Shown here piece by piece: positions 1 to 9,667 of a stretch of 64,000 nucleotides of DNA. The stretch comes from a virus, in IMG/VR virus record IMGVR_UViG_3300045988_138996, positions 96,001 to 160,000 of that record, one strand, 5' to 3'. The position numbers were made by a program, and so were the translations under genes. How positions within the stretch are numbered: the stretch's first letter is position 1; the number at the start of each line of letters is the position of its first letter. Under the pieces are notes generated by a model. That model made no database searches. It had not been told where the DNA came from and saw only the letters and a program-made list of their open reading frames with translations.

Positions 1-1
1 A

Positions 2-1384
2 GGTTTAAATTTAGTCGAATCTTTGTACTATGCCTATTTAGCTACAAATGATAAGAAGCAAAAATTGAATTTCTTTTATTTGTTAATGGGCGCTATTAAA
101 TTAAATAATAATAATAATTTTAATAACAATATCGATAATAATAGTAGCTTATATATTTATGATTCACAGCGAGCATTAATGAATCCTGAATTGGCTAATG
201 CATTTTTATCAGGATCTATTAAGTTATATAAATTTACCGGCAAGTTTTATGAATATCAAGATACCGTATTCTTTGATAAAGAAGACGTCGATTTATCTTT
301 CTTAGATCGAGATTATTTATATCGATTAGATATCATTGTCGACAATCAATTAATTAATAGTTATTATACATTAAATCCTACAATTGATACGACTAAGCAA
401 GTATGGGATAGATTGTATAAAATAGTAGAGTCTATTAATAGTCGATTAAATGGACTTAGATATTTACCATTGGCTTATCATAAATTCGACGAGGAAACAC
501 AACTTGCTATTAGTTTACTAATGGATAAGAATGTCGATGCTCATTATTTACAACAACCAAGAATTGGTGTCGACGAAGAATATATCACGGCACATATCGA
601 AGGCGCTAATAAATATTCTGATTTAGACGGTGTATATTTCTGTATCACTGATGTCGAAGGCTTAGCATCTGATCAAATTTTATTTAAGAAGAAAGTCGAT
701 AATTTAATTGTCGATTTACCAATACAAGGTAATTCTATCTATGACGGCTGTTATTATTCTTTTTTAACAGACTCTAATAAAAGAATTATCTCGCCAGTAA
801 CATTGTTTAATATTAATGAAGATATTGAACATGATTATATAGAGGCAACGTTAAAAATATCTCAAAAACAATTATTAAATTTCTTATACGAAGAATTTGA
901 AGAAGAAGACGTTAATAAATATTATTATTTATTTACTGATTGTATTGGCAATAATGAAGTAACATTGTCTAATTATCTTGATAGAGTTATCGATCGATTC
1001 GTACAATCTAACTTTAACGAAGACTTCTTCGATTTAATTCATTATATTAATGTATATAGATTTAGTAATCAAACATATTCTAATCAAAATTTATTAGCTT
1101 ATAATGATGAACCTGCTCATAGAATTATAATGCCTAACGATGCTAACAAAGAATATATTATGCAAGCCGTTAAGTTTAAACGTGGCGAAAATTATAAGTA
1201 TGATTATAAATTAGTTAATGATAATGCTGATTATATAACATATGACGATGCAGATTATACAGTAATTTCTATATTCGAAAAAGATACGGCAATGCATTGT
1301 GGATTAATTACGATTAATCGAATTGGTTTTGATTATCGTATTAATACATGGAATATATCTGTATCTAATAAATTAGACATTTAA
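2..1384 (+). CDS. 5'-truncated structural protein; tail sheath candidate by position only
   Basis: The frame of ORF 23..1384 stays open back to nt 2, so the gene probably starts upstream of the window; the TTG at 23 is only the ORF-caller start. It lies directly upstream of the tube-like gene. No sheath motif was recognised. An Asn run is encoded by (AAT)n at about 100-135. Confidence 0.3.
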   Translation, partial: GLNLVESLYYAYLATNDKKQKLNFFYLLMGAIKLNNNNNFNNNIDNNSSLYIYDSQRALMNPELANAFLSGSIKLYKFTGKFYEYQDTVFFDKEDVDLSFLDRDYLYRLDIIVDNQLINSYYTLNPTIDTTKQVWDRLYKIVESINSRLNGLRYLPLAYHKFDEETQLAISLLMDKNVDAHYLQQPRIGVDEEYITAHIEGANKYSDLDGVYFCITDVEGLASDQILFKKKVDNLIVDLPIQGNSIYDGCYYSFLTDSNKRIISPVTLFNINEDIEHDYIEATLKISQKQLLNFLYEEFEEEDVNKYYYLFTDCIGNNEVTLSNYLDRVIDRFVQSNFNEDFFDLIHYINVYRFSNQTYSNQNLLAYNDEPAHRIIMPNDANKEYIMQAVKFKRGENYKYDYKLVNDNADYITYDDADYTVISIFEKDTAMHCGLITINRIGFDYRINTWNISVSNKLDI

Positions 1385-1405
1385 TGAAAGGTTTGTTATA
1401 ATAAT

Positions 1406-2044
1406 ATGAGACGTAAACGATATGATAATCACCTTTCTAGTCAATTATCTTATACGAATAAAGTTGTCGAACAAGATATAACAAGAACGTCGTCTGGATA
1501 TATTAAAAAGAATCCAGTATATAAACGTTATTTTTCTCAGATCGATGCAAACGTTTGGTTCGGTGATAAACTTGTAACCGATATACAAAATATATCGTAT
1601 GGATTACAGCAACACGATATGCCTTTATTCGGATATAATTCTTACATTTACGATGAATTAGCAATAGGTAATCGACTAGTACAAGGAACGTTTACTATTA
1701 ATTTTACGGCTCCGTTATATATTGAAACTATTATAGATAGTTATCAGAATATGACAACTAATGTTACTGATAAGACAACTGAAGACGATTATAATAAAGT
1801 CATAGCTCCGCATTATGCAGGAAATGTCGTTACGACGAATCCAGAGCATAATGCTATTTGGCGTAAAGGATTTGAAATCGATATTCTATATGGACAGGAC
1901 GATGATATCATTGGTCAACCTCTTCATGTTATCTTATTAGATTGTCATATTATGTCAGTACAAACAATACATGATTCATCTGGTCATCCTATACTAGAAC
2001 AATATACATTTATATCGAGAGACCGAAAAGTAATTAATAAATAG
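1406..2044 (+). CDS. tail tube protein candidate
   Basis: 212 aa, with RBS GAAAGG upstream. The central segment 'VWFGDKLVTDIQNISYGLQQHDMPLFGYNSYIYDELAIGNRLVQGTFTINF' has the alternating strand pattern I associate with phage tube-type proteins. It sits between the sheath candidate and the chaperone-like ORFs. Confidence 0.4.
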   Translation: MRRKRYDNHLSSQLSYTNKVVEQDITRTSSGYIKKNPVYKRYFSQIDANVWFGDKLVTDIQNISYGLQQHDMPLFGYNSYIYDELAIGNRLVQGTFTINFTAPLYIETIIDSYQNMTTNVTDKTTEDDYNKVIAPHYAGNVVTTNPEHNAIWRKGFEIDILYGQDDDIIGQPLHVILLDCHIMSVQTIHDSSGHPILEQYTFISRDRKVINK

Positions 2045-2053
2045 GCGGTTAAT

Positions 2054-2632
2054 ATGCAAAATAAAAAGAAACATAAATTCCAACAACAACGTGAAAAAAT
2101 TCAAATGCATGAAACAATCACGACACAAGATACTCCAGAAGTAACTGTTAAAGAAACGACTGAAGCCGATATAAAAGAAACGGTAAAAAAAAACGAAATT
2201 TCGGAAGAATCTACAAATTCTGTGAGTCAAGATTCTAATCTTGAATATGAATACGATCCAGCTGATGTTGAATATTTAACAATCGATAAAGCTAACGAAA
2301 TTCGTGAAGCATATCCTGGTCAATGTCGTCGATTTGCTTTTGATGGTGAACAAATGATTATCATTCGTAAAGTACAACGTGAAGAAGTACCATTGATGAT
2401 GAACTTAACACCGGATCAACAAGCATATATTAATTCTTTAGAAGATGAATATGAACAACGACGTGCTATCGAAGATGCTCGTAATTATAATTTAGTTAAA
2501 TATTTTATTCCGTTCCCATCTGCTGATCGTATTAATTATTTAATCGATAATTATGTTGGTTTTGTACCATTAGTATCTGATAGAATTTTACAAATTTCTG
2601 GTTTTACTGCATCTCCGATGGTGGAATTATAA
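2054..2632 (+). CDS. tail assembly chaperone candidate (position-based)
   Basis: 192-aa acidic protein immediately downstream of the tube-like gene and upstream of the tape-measure candidate. Its stop overlaps the next start (TAATG at 2630-2634). Confidence 0.3.
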   Translation: MQNKKKHKFQQQREKIQMHETITTQDTPEVTVKETTEADIKETVKKNEISEESTNSVSQDSNLEYEYDPADVEYLTIDKANEIREAYPGQCRRFAFDGEQMIIIRKVQREEVPLMMNLTPDQQAYINSLEDEYEQRRAIEDARNYNLVKYFIPFPSADRINYLIDNYVGFVPLVSDRILQISGFTASPMVEL

Positions 2633-3435
2633 TGGAAGAACGTTTTGATGTTATATATGATCAGTTAAAAAATTACTATAAACATATCTTTACTTATTCT
2701 TCTTATGAGTTTCCTATTATTTATATTCCGTTAACTAGGGCTCAATATTATGATTTGTTCGAGGATCCTAATATGATGGATATGGAACGTGAAGATATTA
2801 TATGTAAAACTTGTATCGTATATCCTGAAAATATTAATATAGAAAAAATGCCAGCAGGTGTTGTTTCTGATATTGCTGATAAGATTTTGGAAGCTTCTTT
2901 TATGAGCGAAAAAGGACGCAAGATGTTATTTGCAGCAGCTGCTAAAAAAATGCAAAACGTCGATCGTCAAATTTCTTGTATTATTCACGAAGCATTTCCA
3001 GAATATGATATCGAAGATATCGATAATTGGAATATGTTACGCACAACAGACTTCCTTATTAGAAGTGAATGGATTCTTCGTACGATTCAAGGTAAGCCAC
3101 CGCTCGATATCGAAAAGATATTAACACAAGGCAGTGATATTACTTTAAAACCAGAAGATCCTCGATTCTATAACGAAGAAAAAGCAGAGTTTGATCGTTT
3201 ACGAGAAATCAATACTCCGGCTGAAAATAATAAACCTGTTCCTAAAAAGAAAACGACATTAAAACGTCCTCAACGTCGACGCAATCAAGTATCTGAAGAA
3301 CAACTTGCAAGTATGTTCCCAGAAGCATTTGAAAATGCTGGCGATGAAAAATCTTTTAAAGATATGGCTATGGGTTCTAAAAATCCTAACGATATGACGT
3401 TAGCAGAACTTGCAGAATTAAGAAATAATAATTAA
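2632..3435 (+). CDS. second chaperone-like or hypothetical tail protein
   Basis: 267 aa, translationally coupled to the previous ORF. It has a basic patch, 'PKKKTTLKRPQRRRNQ'. No motif was recognised. Confidence 0.25.
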   Translation: MEERFDVIYDQLKNYYKHIFTYSSYEFPIIYIPLTRAQYYDLFEDPNMMDMEREDIICKTCIVYPENINIEKMPAGVVSDIADKILEASFMSEKGRKMLFAAAAKKMQNVDRQISCIIHEAFPEYDIEDIDNWNMLRTTDFLIRSEWILRTIQGKPPLDIEKILTQGSDITLKPEDPRFYNEEKAEFDRLREINTPAENNKPVPKKKTTLKRPQRRRNQVSEEQLASMFPEAFENAGDEKSFKDMAMGSKNPNDMTLAELAELRNNN

Positions 3436-3446
3436 AAGGACAACAT

Positions 3447-6400
3447 ATGGTAGATTACTTAAAAAATGGCAGTGATAATGATTCTGCCTTCGAAGGTATA
3501 TCTAATCTAGTTGATGCAGCAGCGGTCGCCGGCACTATTGTCGGCACCGCTTTTTTGCTATCTAGAACAAAACAAGGTGCAAAATTTTTATCGGAAGTCG
3601 ATCCGATTATCGGTAAGATGTCTGATCGTATTGCTAGTATTAGCGCAGACGGTAGTAATCGTTTATCGATTAGCGAATCTATTCGTGGCATATCTCATAT
3701 CGATCAGTTTAGAAAAATAGACGAAGCATTTGCTATTAATAATACGAGCAACGTAGGTTTATTTCGTAATCTTGCCGATGCAGCTTACGATGCTGCCGAT
3801 TGGGAAGAGCGTGAACTAGGTCGACAATATCAAGCTAAAATATTTGGAGATATTGGCGACGCATTAAAAACACAAGGTATTCAAGACGGACAAGTGCAAT
3901 CTCTTATGGAGTTTGTTAGTAGTCGTTCTACATCGACAGTCATCGATAAAAATTCTGGTAAATTACAAGAAAGTTTTATTGCCGACGTTGAAAATCATTG
4001 GCATGATTTCTTAGAAGAAAAAGATGCTAAATTTAATGAGACAGTCGATCAGTCTATTCAAGCCTTACAAAATATTTCTAATCAGACATTCGACACGTTT
4101 AGTGATTTTAAATCATTAGATGAAAATATTATAAGAGCTCGTGAAGCACGTCAAGATTTTATTCAAGAAATTAATAGAAGTGCTCAAGAGGCATTAAAAA
4201 AACAAAAGAATGATATTACGTATCATACGATTGGTGACGTATTAGATAAAGATGAACTAAATCCAGAATTCGATTTTATTGTTCATGAAAAAGGTCAGAT
4301 GGCTCCTCTTGACGGGAGGACTGTATCCGATCGTTTATATGCACAAAATGACGATATCGTTACGCAAACTCTTGATACGATTAGACAATTAAGCGCTACA
4401 AAAGATGGTTATTATGTTGAAGGTCAAAAATTAAATACGCCTAATATTAATAAAATAATAGGTGGAGCTAAAGATTTATGGCACGAGACATTACCATACG
4501 CATTATCACATGCTGCAGATTTTAAAAATGTCGACAACTTAAAAGTCGAATATTTAAATAAATATGACTTTAAAGGCGTATTGGGCGACATCGTCGGCAA
4601 AGATAGTATCGTTCAAAGAATTGGCAATCGATTGTTTGAATTAAAATCTGACGGTACTCGTAATGAATTAGATACGAGTGATATGCGTTTTGTTCATGAA
4701 GATTCGTATGTCATTAAAACATCTAAAGACTTTTCTAATTATGGAAAAGTTAATTTTGATAATGGCAAGCAAAGAATCTTTGGAGAGACAAGTCGTAAAC
4801 GTACGTCTGATGTTTGGGGTAATAACTATCATACATATCTAAATAAAGATATAAACGAAATTGCAAATCATCCTGAAGAAAAAGCGATGATGGGTATTCG
4901 TAATCATAGTTTTAAACGTAGTATCGATTCATTAGATATTAAAGTAAAGCTAGACGATAAACTTCGATCTGAATTACTAAAGGCATCTGAAGATAATCCT
5001 GAATTAAGATATAAAATAGAAAGTATGCTCGATGTTATCGACGCTAAAACAGAGTCAGAAAAACGTAGAGTATTAAGGGATATCTCGACAGAAGGTACTA
5101 AATCATCTGAATTTCAACGGTTACAATCAGCAGCTATTCGTGGCCGTTCTATTAAACCTAAACTAATCGATGATTCTACATCTATTACACAAAAAACATT
5201 ATATGCTAAATTAAATAAATCACAGTCTATTGATGAAGCAGCTATTAATGAAATAATGGCATCACTTCCTGCTGATAGAGATAAAGCATTAGCATTTATT
5301 AATAAATTAAATGTACCAGAAACTGTTAAGTTAAATTTAAGAGATCGATATAATGTCGAACAGTTAAAAATTAGAACTAACTTAAATGAAATTACTGGCG
5401 AAAATCATGTCGATGCAACTGGTAAAGATTTAAGTATTGAAGACGCCAAGAGGATTCAGAATGAAATCGTAAGCAATCCTGAATTACAAAGAACATTAAA
5501 TCGTTATTTAGGATCAGGTAAAGATTATAAAGCTCGTTATGAATCTAAAAAAAGTTCATCTCGCTTAATAGCAATTAATAAAGGATTTGACTTAAAAGGT
5601 ATTATGTCAGACCTAAATAAGATGAACTATAATGGCATTAATAATCGTATAGGTCAAGGTCTTCGAGGTATGTTTTCCAATACAAACCTCGATCATTTTG
5701 CGTTTAGTTCTATCTTTGATAATAATGTAAACTTGCCGACAGCAAAACATCATGGACGTGATTTATCGATTGGTGGCAGCTTATTATATAAGATGCCAGA
5801 ACGTCTTAATGAAGGCTTAAATAATGGCTTCATAGACCAAGCTCTTGGTTTTGTTCATCCAATATTTGGCGAACGATTATCAGCTTATTTTAAAACCGGA
5901 TTAAGTCTTGGTTTTCATGAAGGCGATACGAGAAGTTTTGCGCAATTAAGTTATAACTTATTATTTAAACGTGTATTACCAGCATCAATTGCGTTAACTC
6001 AATTAGATTGGGCTAACGATACATTCGGAATTAATAAAAACTTCCAAATTGGCTTAGCTAATATGGATTTAGGTTTTAGAAAATTCACGGATGCTACCGG
6101 CTTAACAGATGTATTTAAGTTAGCTAAAATGGCTAACCCTGCCGCTCAATATATTAGTGGTGATTATCGTCCTTATCAGTCTTATGAAGAACGTTTAGAT
6201 TATTATCAAAACGGTAAGGATCCTATTAGATCTGGACGTTATTGGGTATGGGGTTCTTCAAATGAATTTCGTGGTTCTAGTATTTCATATTGGGAAGATA
6301 ATAGTTTAAAATTAGCACAATCTGATTATTATAATAAATCAGTATATGGTGGCTATTGGTCTAAATGGGCACATAGTCCTATTCCGACATTAACAAATCC

Positions 6401-9400
6401 TTTCTCTCCATTAGTATATGCTTTTAACCCATACTGGTTAGAAGAAAAACATATGGAGGATCGCCCATATCCATTATCAGCTCCTTTATTTGAACAAGGT
6501 ACATTACAAAGTTTAGTATTAAATCCAACGCTTGGCGAAATTATTAAACCACAACGTCGTTATCATGAAGATCGTATGTGGTTTGGTAAAGACGTTAAAG
6601 CTATTATGTACCAAATGAATCAGAAAATTCAACAAACTGCCGATGAAGATAGTCGTTATATTATTTTCCAAAATGGTCGTTTGGGCGTATATGATTTTAG
6701 AGCATTTGGTCATCCGACAGATACAGAATATGTACAAGGTCAAGAACAAGAATATACTGGACAAGCTCCGGCGTTTGCATCGGCTAGAGATTATTCTAAT
6801 TATATTAATAGTGATGGTACGATAGATGCATCGGCATATGCTAGTTTGCAACCAATTTCTCCTGGTGCAGGTGCTGCCGTATCAGCAATGAATAGTGCTA
6901 TTCAATCAGGTAGTTCTCCTTATACGAATGCTTCGGGTATGTATATTCAACAACGTATACGTCGTACACGAAGCAATAAAGGCACTGTTCAAGAGATGCT
7001 CGATAATGCCGACATGTATAATAACTTGATGAATTCGAGTGGTGGTCGTAGTTATCTCGATGAATTAATGACGACATCTCGTTTGTTAACTGGTATTTAT
7101 GGTTATGCAGCATCATCAGTATTTGGTCGAGATGAATCTAAGTTTATTGCCGATGCTGGCGATATTAATTCGTTTACTCGGAGATTCTGGGATTCTGGTA
7201 TCGGCGGTGTCGGCGGTGAACAAATGGAAATTATTCGTCGTTTCTTGCCAGAATATTCAAGACGACGTCGTATTAATCCATTAATGAATAAAATGGCTGA
7301 AGACCATCCATGGCTTCCAGAAAAATTCTATACAGGTGATCCTTTTAGTTCCTTACCTATGGGTGAAGCTCGTTTACCTGGTGAAGGTTATGAAGCTATT
7401 AATCAATTACATCCAGATCAGTTTGCTTCCGATGGATATGGTGCTATCGATCGTTATAAAATATTAGCCGATATTGCTCCGAATAGTGCTGAGTATAAAT
7501 ACTGGAAACAAATCGTCAAGATGATGAATAATGACGAGGCGAAGAAAGTATTAAAAGATACCGAAGAAATGGTTAAACATCAAGGAAAGAAACATGATTT
7601 CTTTGATTATAAATTCTTAGGCAAAACTACGACAGCTCTCGATGGACATATCGAACAAATATTATCGAACGGTAAATTTAAGTTAGCAGGCGACGATAAT
7701 TTATATCAAATTGCCGGCATTAAATTTAAAGATAATGGTTATATGTCTAAGAATCAGTTAAAACAAGTATTAACTGAAGGTTCTCATGTAACGTTACGTA
7801 TTGACGATGAAGAGCATAATCCAGATATTAATGCACCGCAAGCTCCTAGAAAAGCTGCCGTATTTTTAGATGGTGAAAATATTTCAGATACATTACGGCA
7901 AGTTGGTTTAGCTGATTATGATATGGAAGATACTTCAGCAGCAGGTGCTTATGCGAACTATGGATTAGTCGGAAGATTATTTGGTACGGCTGCCGAAATC
8001 ATAGCGCATGCTCCAATTCCGATTATTCACTCACAATTGATGCGTGTTAATAGCCCATTAGAAGAATATCGCTCCGATCAATTATATGGTACAGGATTTC
8101 AATCTTGGGATAGTATGTTAGCTTCATTTATATATCCGACATTCGAACAAGCTAAAACAGATTTTATGCGAGATGTAATATCTGATTCATTGTGGCGATT
8201 CTATAAAGGATATGAATCTGGCGCTTTAACAGAAAATATTAGTAAGCGTTCGACAACGATATTAAAAACTATTGCGACGTATAGTAATGGCACTGCCTTA
8301 GCAGGGGAAATTGCTGGACGTTTTACATTTACTGGCGCTAATTCATCGACTCGTCGTGATCAACTTGCTAATGCAGGTCGACATATCGGTAATATCTATT
8401 CGATGGTAACTTCACTTCAAGATCCTATGTATGCTGCTTATGCATGGGGACGAATGGGCTGGGATTCTTCTAAAGTATATGATTTATGGAAAGATGTCGG
8501 AAATGTAAATTTCGATTCTGTTCTCGATTATGCTGAGCATATGAATATACTTAAACCAGCAAAACTATTAAGTGAAGAATCAGGTGTAGCAGTCGATGTA
8601 ATTCAAGCTGCTCGTAAATTTAAATTAGGACGTATTTCTCAGGCAATAGCATTTGCTGCTGCCGGTACGGCTTTAGCTGTCGGTGAAGATAATCCGCTTA
8701 CTCGATTATTCGGTAAAGAATCTCATGTATATACTCCTGACACAGTAAAAGAACGTTGGGATACTGAAGATTATTTCGATAGATTACGTTATATTAAATA
8801 TATGGCATTATACGAAGCAGCTAAAGAAAAAGCCAAATCAGAAGAAGGCGTCGATGTCGATAAATTATATAAACATCAAGAAACTCTTCGTGCCGAGATG
8901 AATGGTGATGTAAGCATAACCGATATGATGTCGGCAATTCTTACATCTGGTAAACCTGCCGATGATCCGATAGCTCAATGGGTTCAAAAAACATTCGGTC
9001 GTTTAAGCGACGATATGACGACATTAGTAGCTGGCAAATATACTGAACAAGCGATTATGTTCCATCAAGTTGCAGAGTCAACTGTATATGCTTTAAATAA
9101 AGATAGCGAATATTCTGATATTATTCGTGCTTTACCAAATACGGAAAAAGAATATTTCGTAGAATTTGCTAAAGTTACAGACGAACGTCGTCGTAGAGAA
9201 ATTCTTAGAAACGTATCGCCATCATTAGCAAAAGCTTTAAAGCTTGTTTGGTATCAAGAAGATACAGATACAGAATCGAACGAATCATTCTTTGAACGTC
9301 ATAATTTGCCAGATCCATTATGGGCTGGTTGGGATGCGTCTACTAATTTAGATAATATTAAAGCAAAAGTTATTTATAACGAAGGTATGCAATATGCCGA

Positions 9401-9650
9401 CTACGGTATTTATTCTTCTTCATACGAAGATCCTGAAGTTATAAATGCTCCGAATATAGATAATATTCATGACGGTAGTAATCCGTTATCAGTTCGTGTA
9501 AATTTAAATACTGTATTAAGTGGTATTGGTTTAACAGATAAACGTATTCAAGTTAATCCAACACAAGATGAAGGTGTCATCGATGTTGTATCTAATGTCA
9601 CTGCAGTATTAGGATATAAAATAGAAAAAGCACTTTCAATTTTTAGTTAA
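3447..9650 (+). CDS. giant tail-lumen protein; tape-measure candidate by position
   Basis: 2067 aa with RBS AAAGGA. It has an N-terminal Gly/Ala-rich hydrophobic segment, 'VDAAAVAGTIVGTAFLLS'. It occupies the tape-measure slot after the chaperone-like ORFs. However, the middle is rich in Trp/Tyr/Pro ('GRYWVWGSSNEFRGSSISYWEDN', 'NPYWLEEKHMEDRPYPLSAP'), which is atypical for a purely helical tape measure. Confidence 0.4.
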   Translation: MVDYLKNGSDNDSAFEGISNLVDAAAVAGTIVGTAFLLSRTKQGAKFLSEVDPIIGKMSDRIASISADGSNRLSISESIRGISHIDQFRKIDEAFAINNTSNVGLFRNLADAAYDAADWEERELGRQYQAKIFGDIGDALKTQGIQDGQVQSLMEFVSSRSTSTVIDKNSGKLQESFIADVENHWHDFLEEKDAKFNETVDQSIQALQNISNQTFDTFSDFKSLDENIIRAREARQDFIQEINRSAQEALKKQKNDITYHTIGDVLDKDELNPEFDFIVHEKGQMAPLDGRTVSDRLYAQNDDIVTQTLDTIRQLSATKDGYYVEGQKLNTPNINKIIGGAKDLWHETLPYALSHAADFKNVDNLKVEYLNKYDFKGVLGDIVGKDSIVQRIGNRLFELKSDGTRNELDTSDMRFVHEDSYVIKTSKDFSNYGKVNFDNGKQRIFGETSRKRTSDVWGNNYHTYLNKDINEIANHPEEKAMMGIRNHSFKRSIDSLDIKVKLDDKLRSELLKASEDNPELRYKIESMLDVIDAKTESEKRRVLRDISTEGTKSSEFQRLQSAAIRGRSIKPKLIDDSTSITQKTLYAKLNKSQSIDEAAINEIMASLPADRDKALAFINKLNVPETVKLNLRDRYNVEQLKIRTNLNEITGENHVDATGKDLSIEDAKRIQNEIVSNPELQRTLNRYLGSGKDYKARYESKKSSSRLIAINKGFDLKGIMSDLNKMNYNGINNRIGQGLRGMFSNTNLDHFAFSSIFDNNVNLPTAKHHGRDLSIGGSLLYKMPERLNEGLNNGFIDQALGFVHPIFGERLSAYFKTGLSLGFHEGDTRSFAQLSYNLLFKRVLPASIALTQLDWANDTFGINKNFQIGLANMDLGFRKFTDATGLTDVFKLAKMANPAAQYISGDYRPYQSYEERLDYYQNGKDPIRSGRYWVWGSSNEFRGSSISYWEDNSLKLAQSDYYNKSVYGGYWSKWAHSPIPTLTNPFSPLVYAFNPYWLEEKHMEDRPYPLSAPLFEQGTLQSLVLNPTLGEIIKPQRRYHEDRMWFGKDVKAIMYQMNQKIQQTADEDSRYIIFQNGRLGVYDFRAFGHPTDTEYVQGQEQEYTGQAPAFASARDYSNYINSDGTIDASAYASLQPISPGAGAAVSAMNSAIQSGSSPYTNASGMYIQQRIRRTRSNKGTVQEMLDNADMYNNLMNSSGGRSYLDELMTTSRLLTGIYGYAASSVFGRDESKFIADAGDINSFTRRFWDSGIGGVGGEQMEIIRRFLPEYSRRRRINPLMNKMAEDHPWLPEKFYTGDPFSSLPMGEARLPGEGYEAINQLHPDQFASDGYGAIDRYKILADIAPNSAEYKYWKQIVKMMNNDEAKKVLKDTEEMVKHQGKKHDFFDYKFLGKTTTALDGHIEQILSNGKFKLAGDDNLYQIAGIKFKDNGYMSKNQLKQVLTEGSHVTLRIDDEEHNPDINAPQAPRKAAVFLDGENISDTLRQVGLADYDMEDTSAAGAYANYGLVGRLFGTAAEIIAHAPIPIIHSQLMRVNSPLEEYRSDQLYGTGFQSWDSMLASFIYPTFEQAKTDFMRDVISDSLWRFYKGYESGALTENISKRSTTILKTIATYSNGTALAGEIAGRFTFTGANSSTRRDQLANAGRHIGNIYSMVTSLQDPMYAAYAWGRMGWDSSKVYDLWKDVGNVNFDSVLDYAEHMNILKPAKLLSEESGVAVDVIQAARKFKLGRISQAIAFAAAGTALAVGEDNPLTRLFGKESHVYTPDTVKERWDTEDYFDRLRYIKYMALYEAAKEKAKSEEGVDVDKLYKHQETLRAEMNGDVSITDMMSAILTSGKPADDPIAQWVQKTFGRLSDDMTTLVAGKYTEQAIMFHQVAESTVYALNKDSEYSDIIRALPNTEKEYFVEFAKVTDERRRREILRNVSPSLAKALKLVWYQEDTDTESNESFFERHNLPDPLWAGWDASTNLDNIKAKVIYNEGMQYADYGIYSSSYEDPEVINAPNIDNIHDGSNPLSVRVNLNTVLSGIGLTDKRIQVNPTQDEGVIDVVSNVTAVLGYKIEKALSIFS

Positions 9651-9667
9651 TAAGTTAAGAGGTAACA

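Noticed and set aside
100-135. An (AAT)n-like microsatellite encoding 'NNNNNFNNNIDNN'; considered as a phase-variation tract.
   Set aside because: Trinucleotide units keep the reading frame, the tract is short and imperfect, and Asn runs are common in AT-rich genomes.
2185-2193. An A9 homopolymer in the first chaperone-like ORF; considered as the programmed frameshift or slippage site expected for tail chaperones (G/GT).
   Set aside because: It lies at codons 44-47 rather than near the 3' end. By my reading, both alternative frames hit stops within about 11-17 codons.
2626-2640. The junction of ORFs 2054 and 2632; considered as a -1 frameshift producing a fused chaperone.
   Set aside because: No slippery heptamer is visible. 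The second ORF has its own ATG overlapping the stop (TAATG), so ordinary translational coupling is the simpler explanation.
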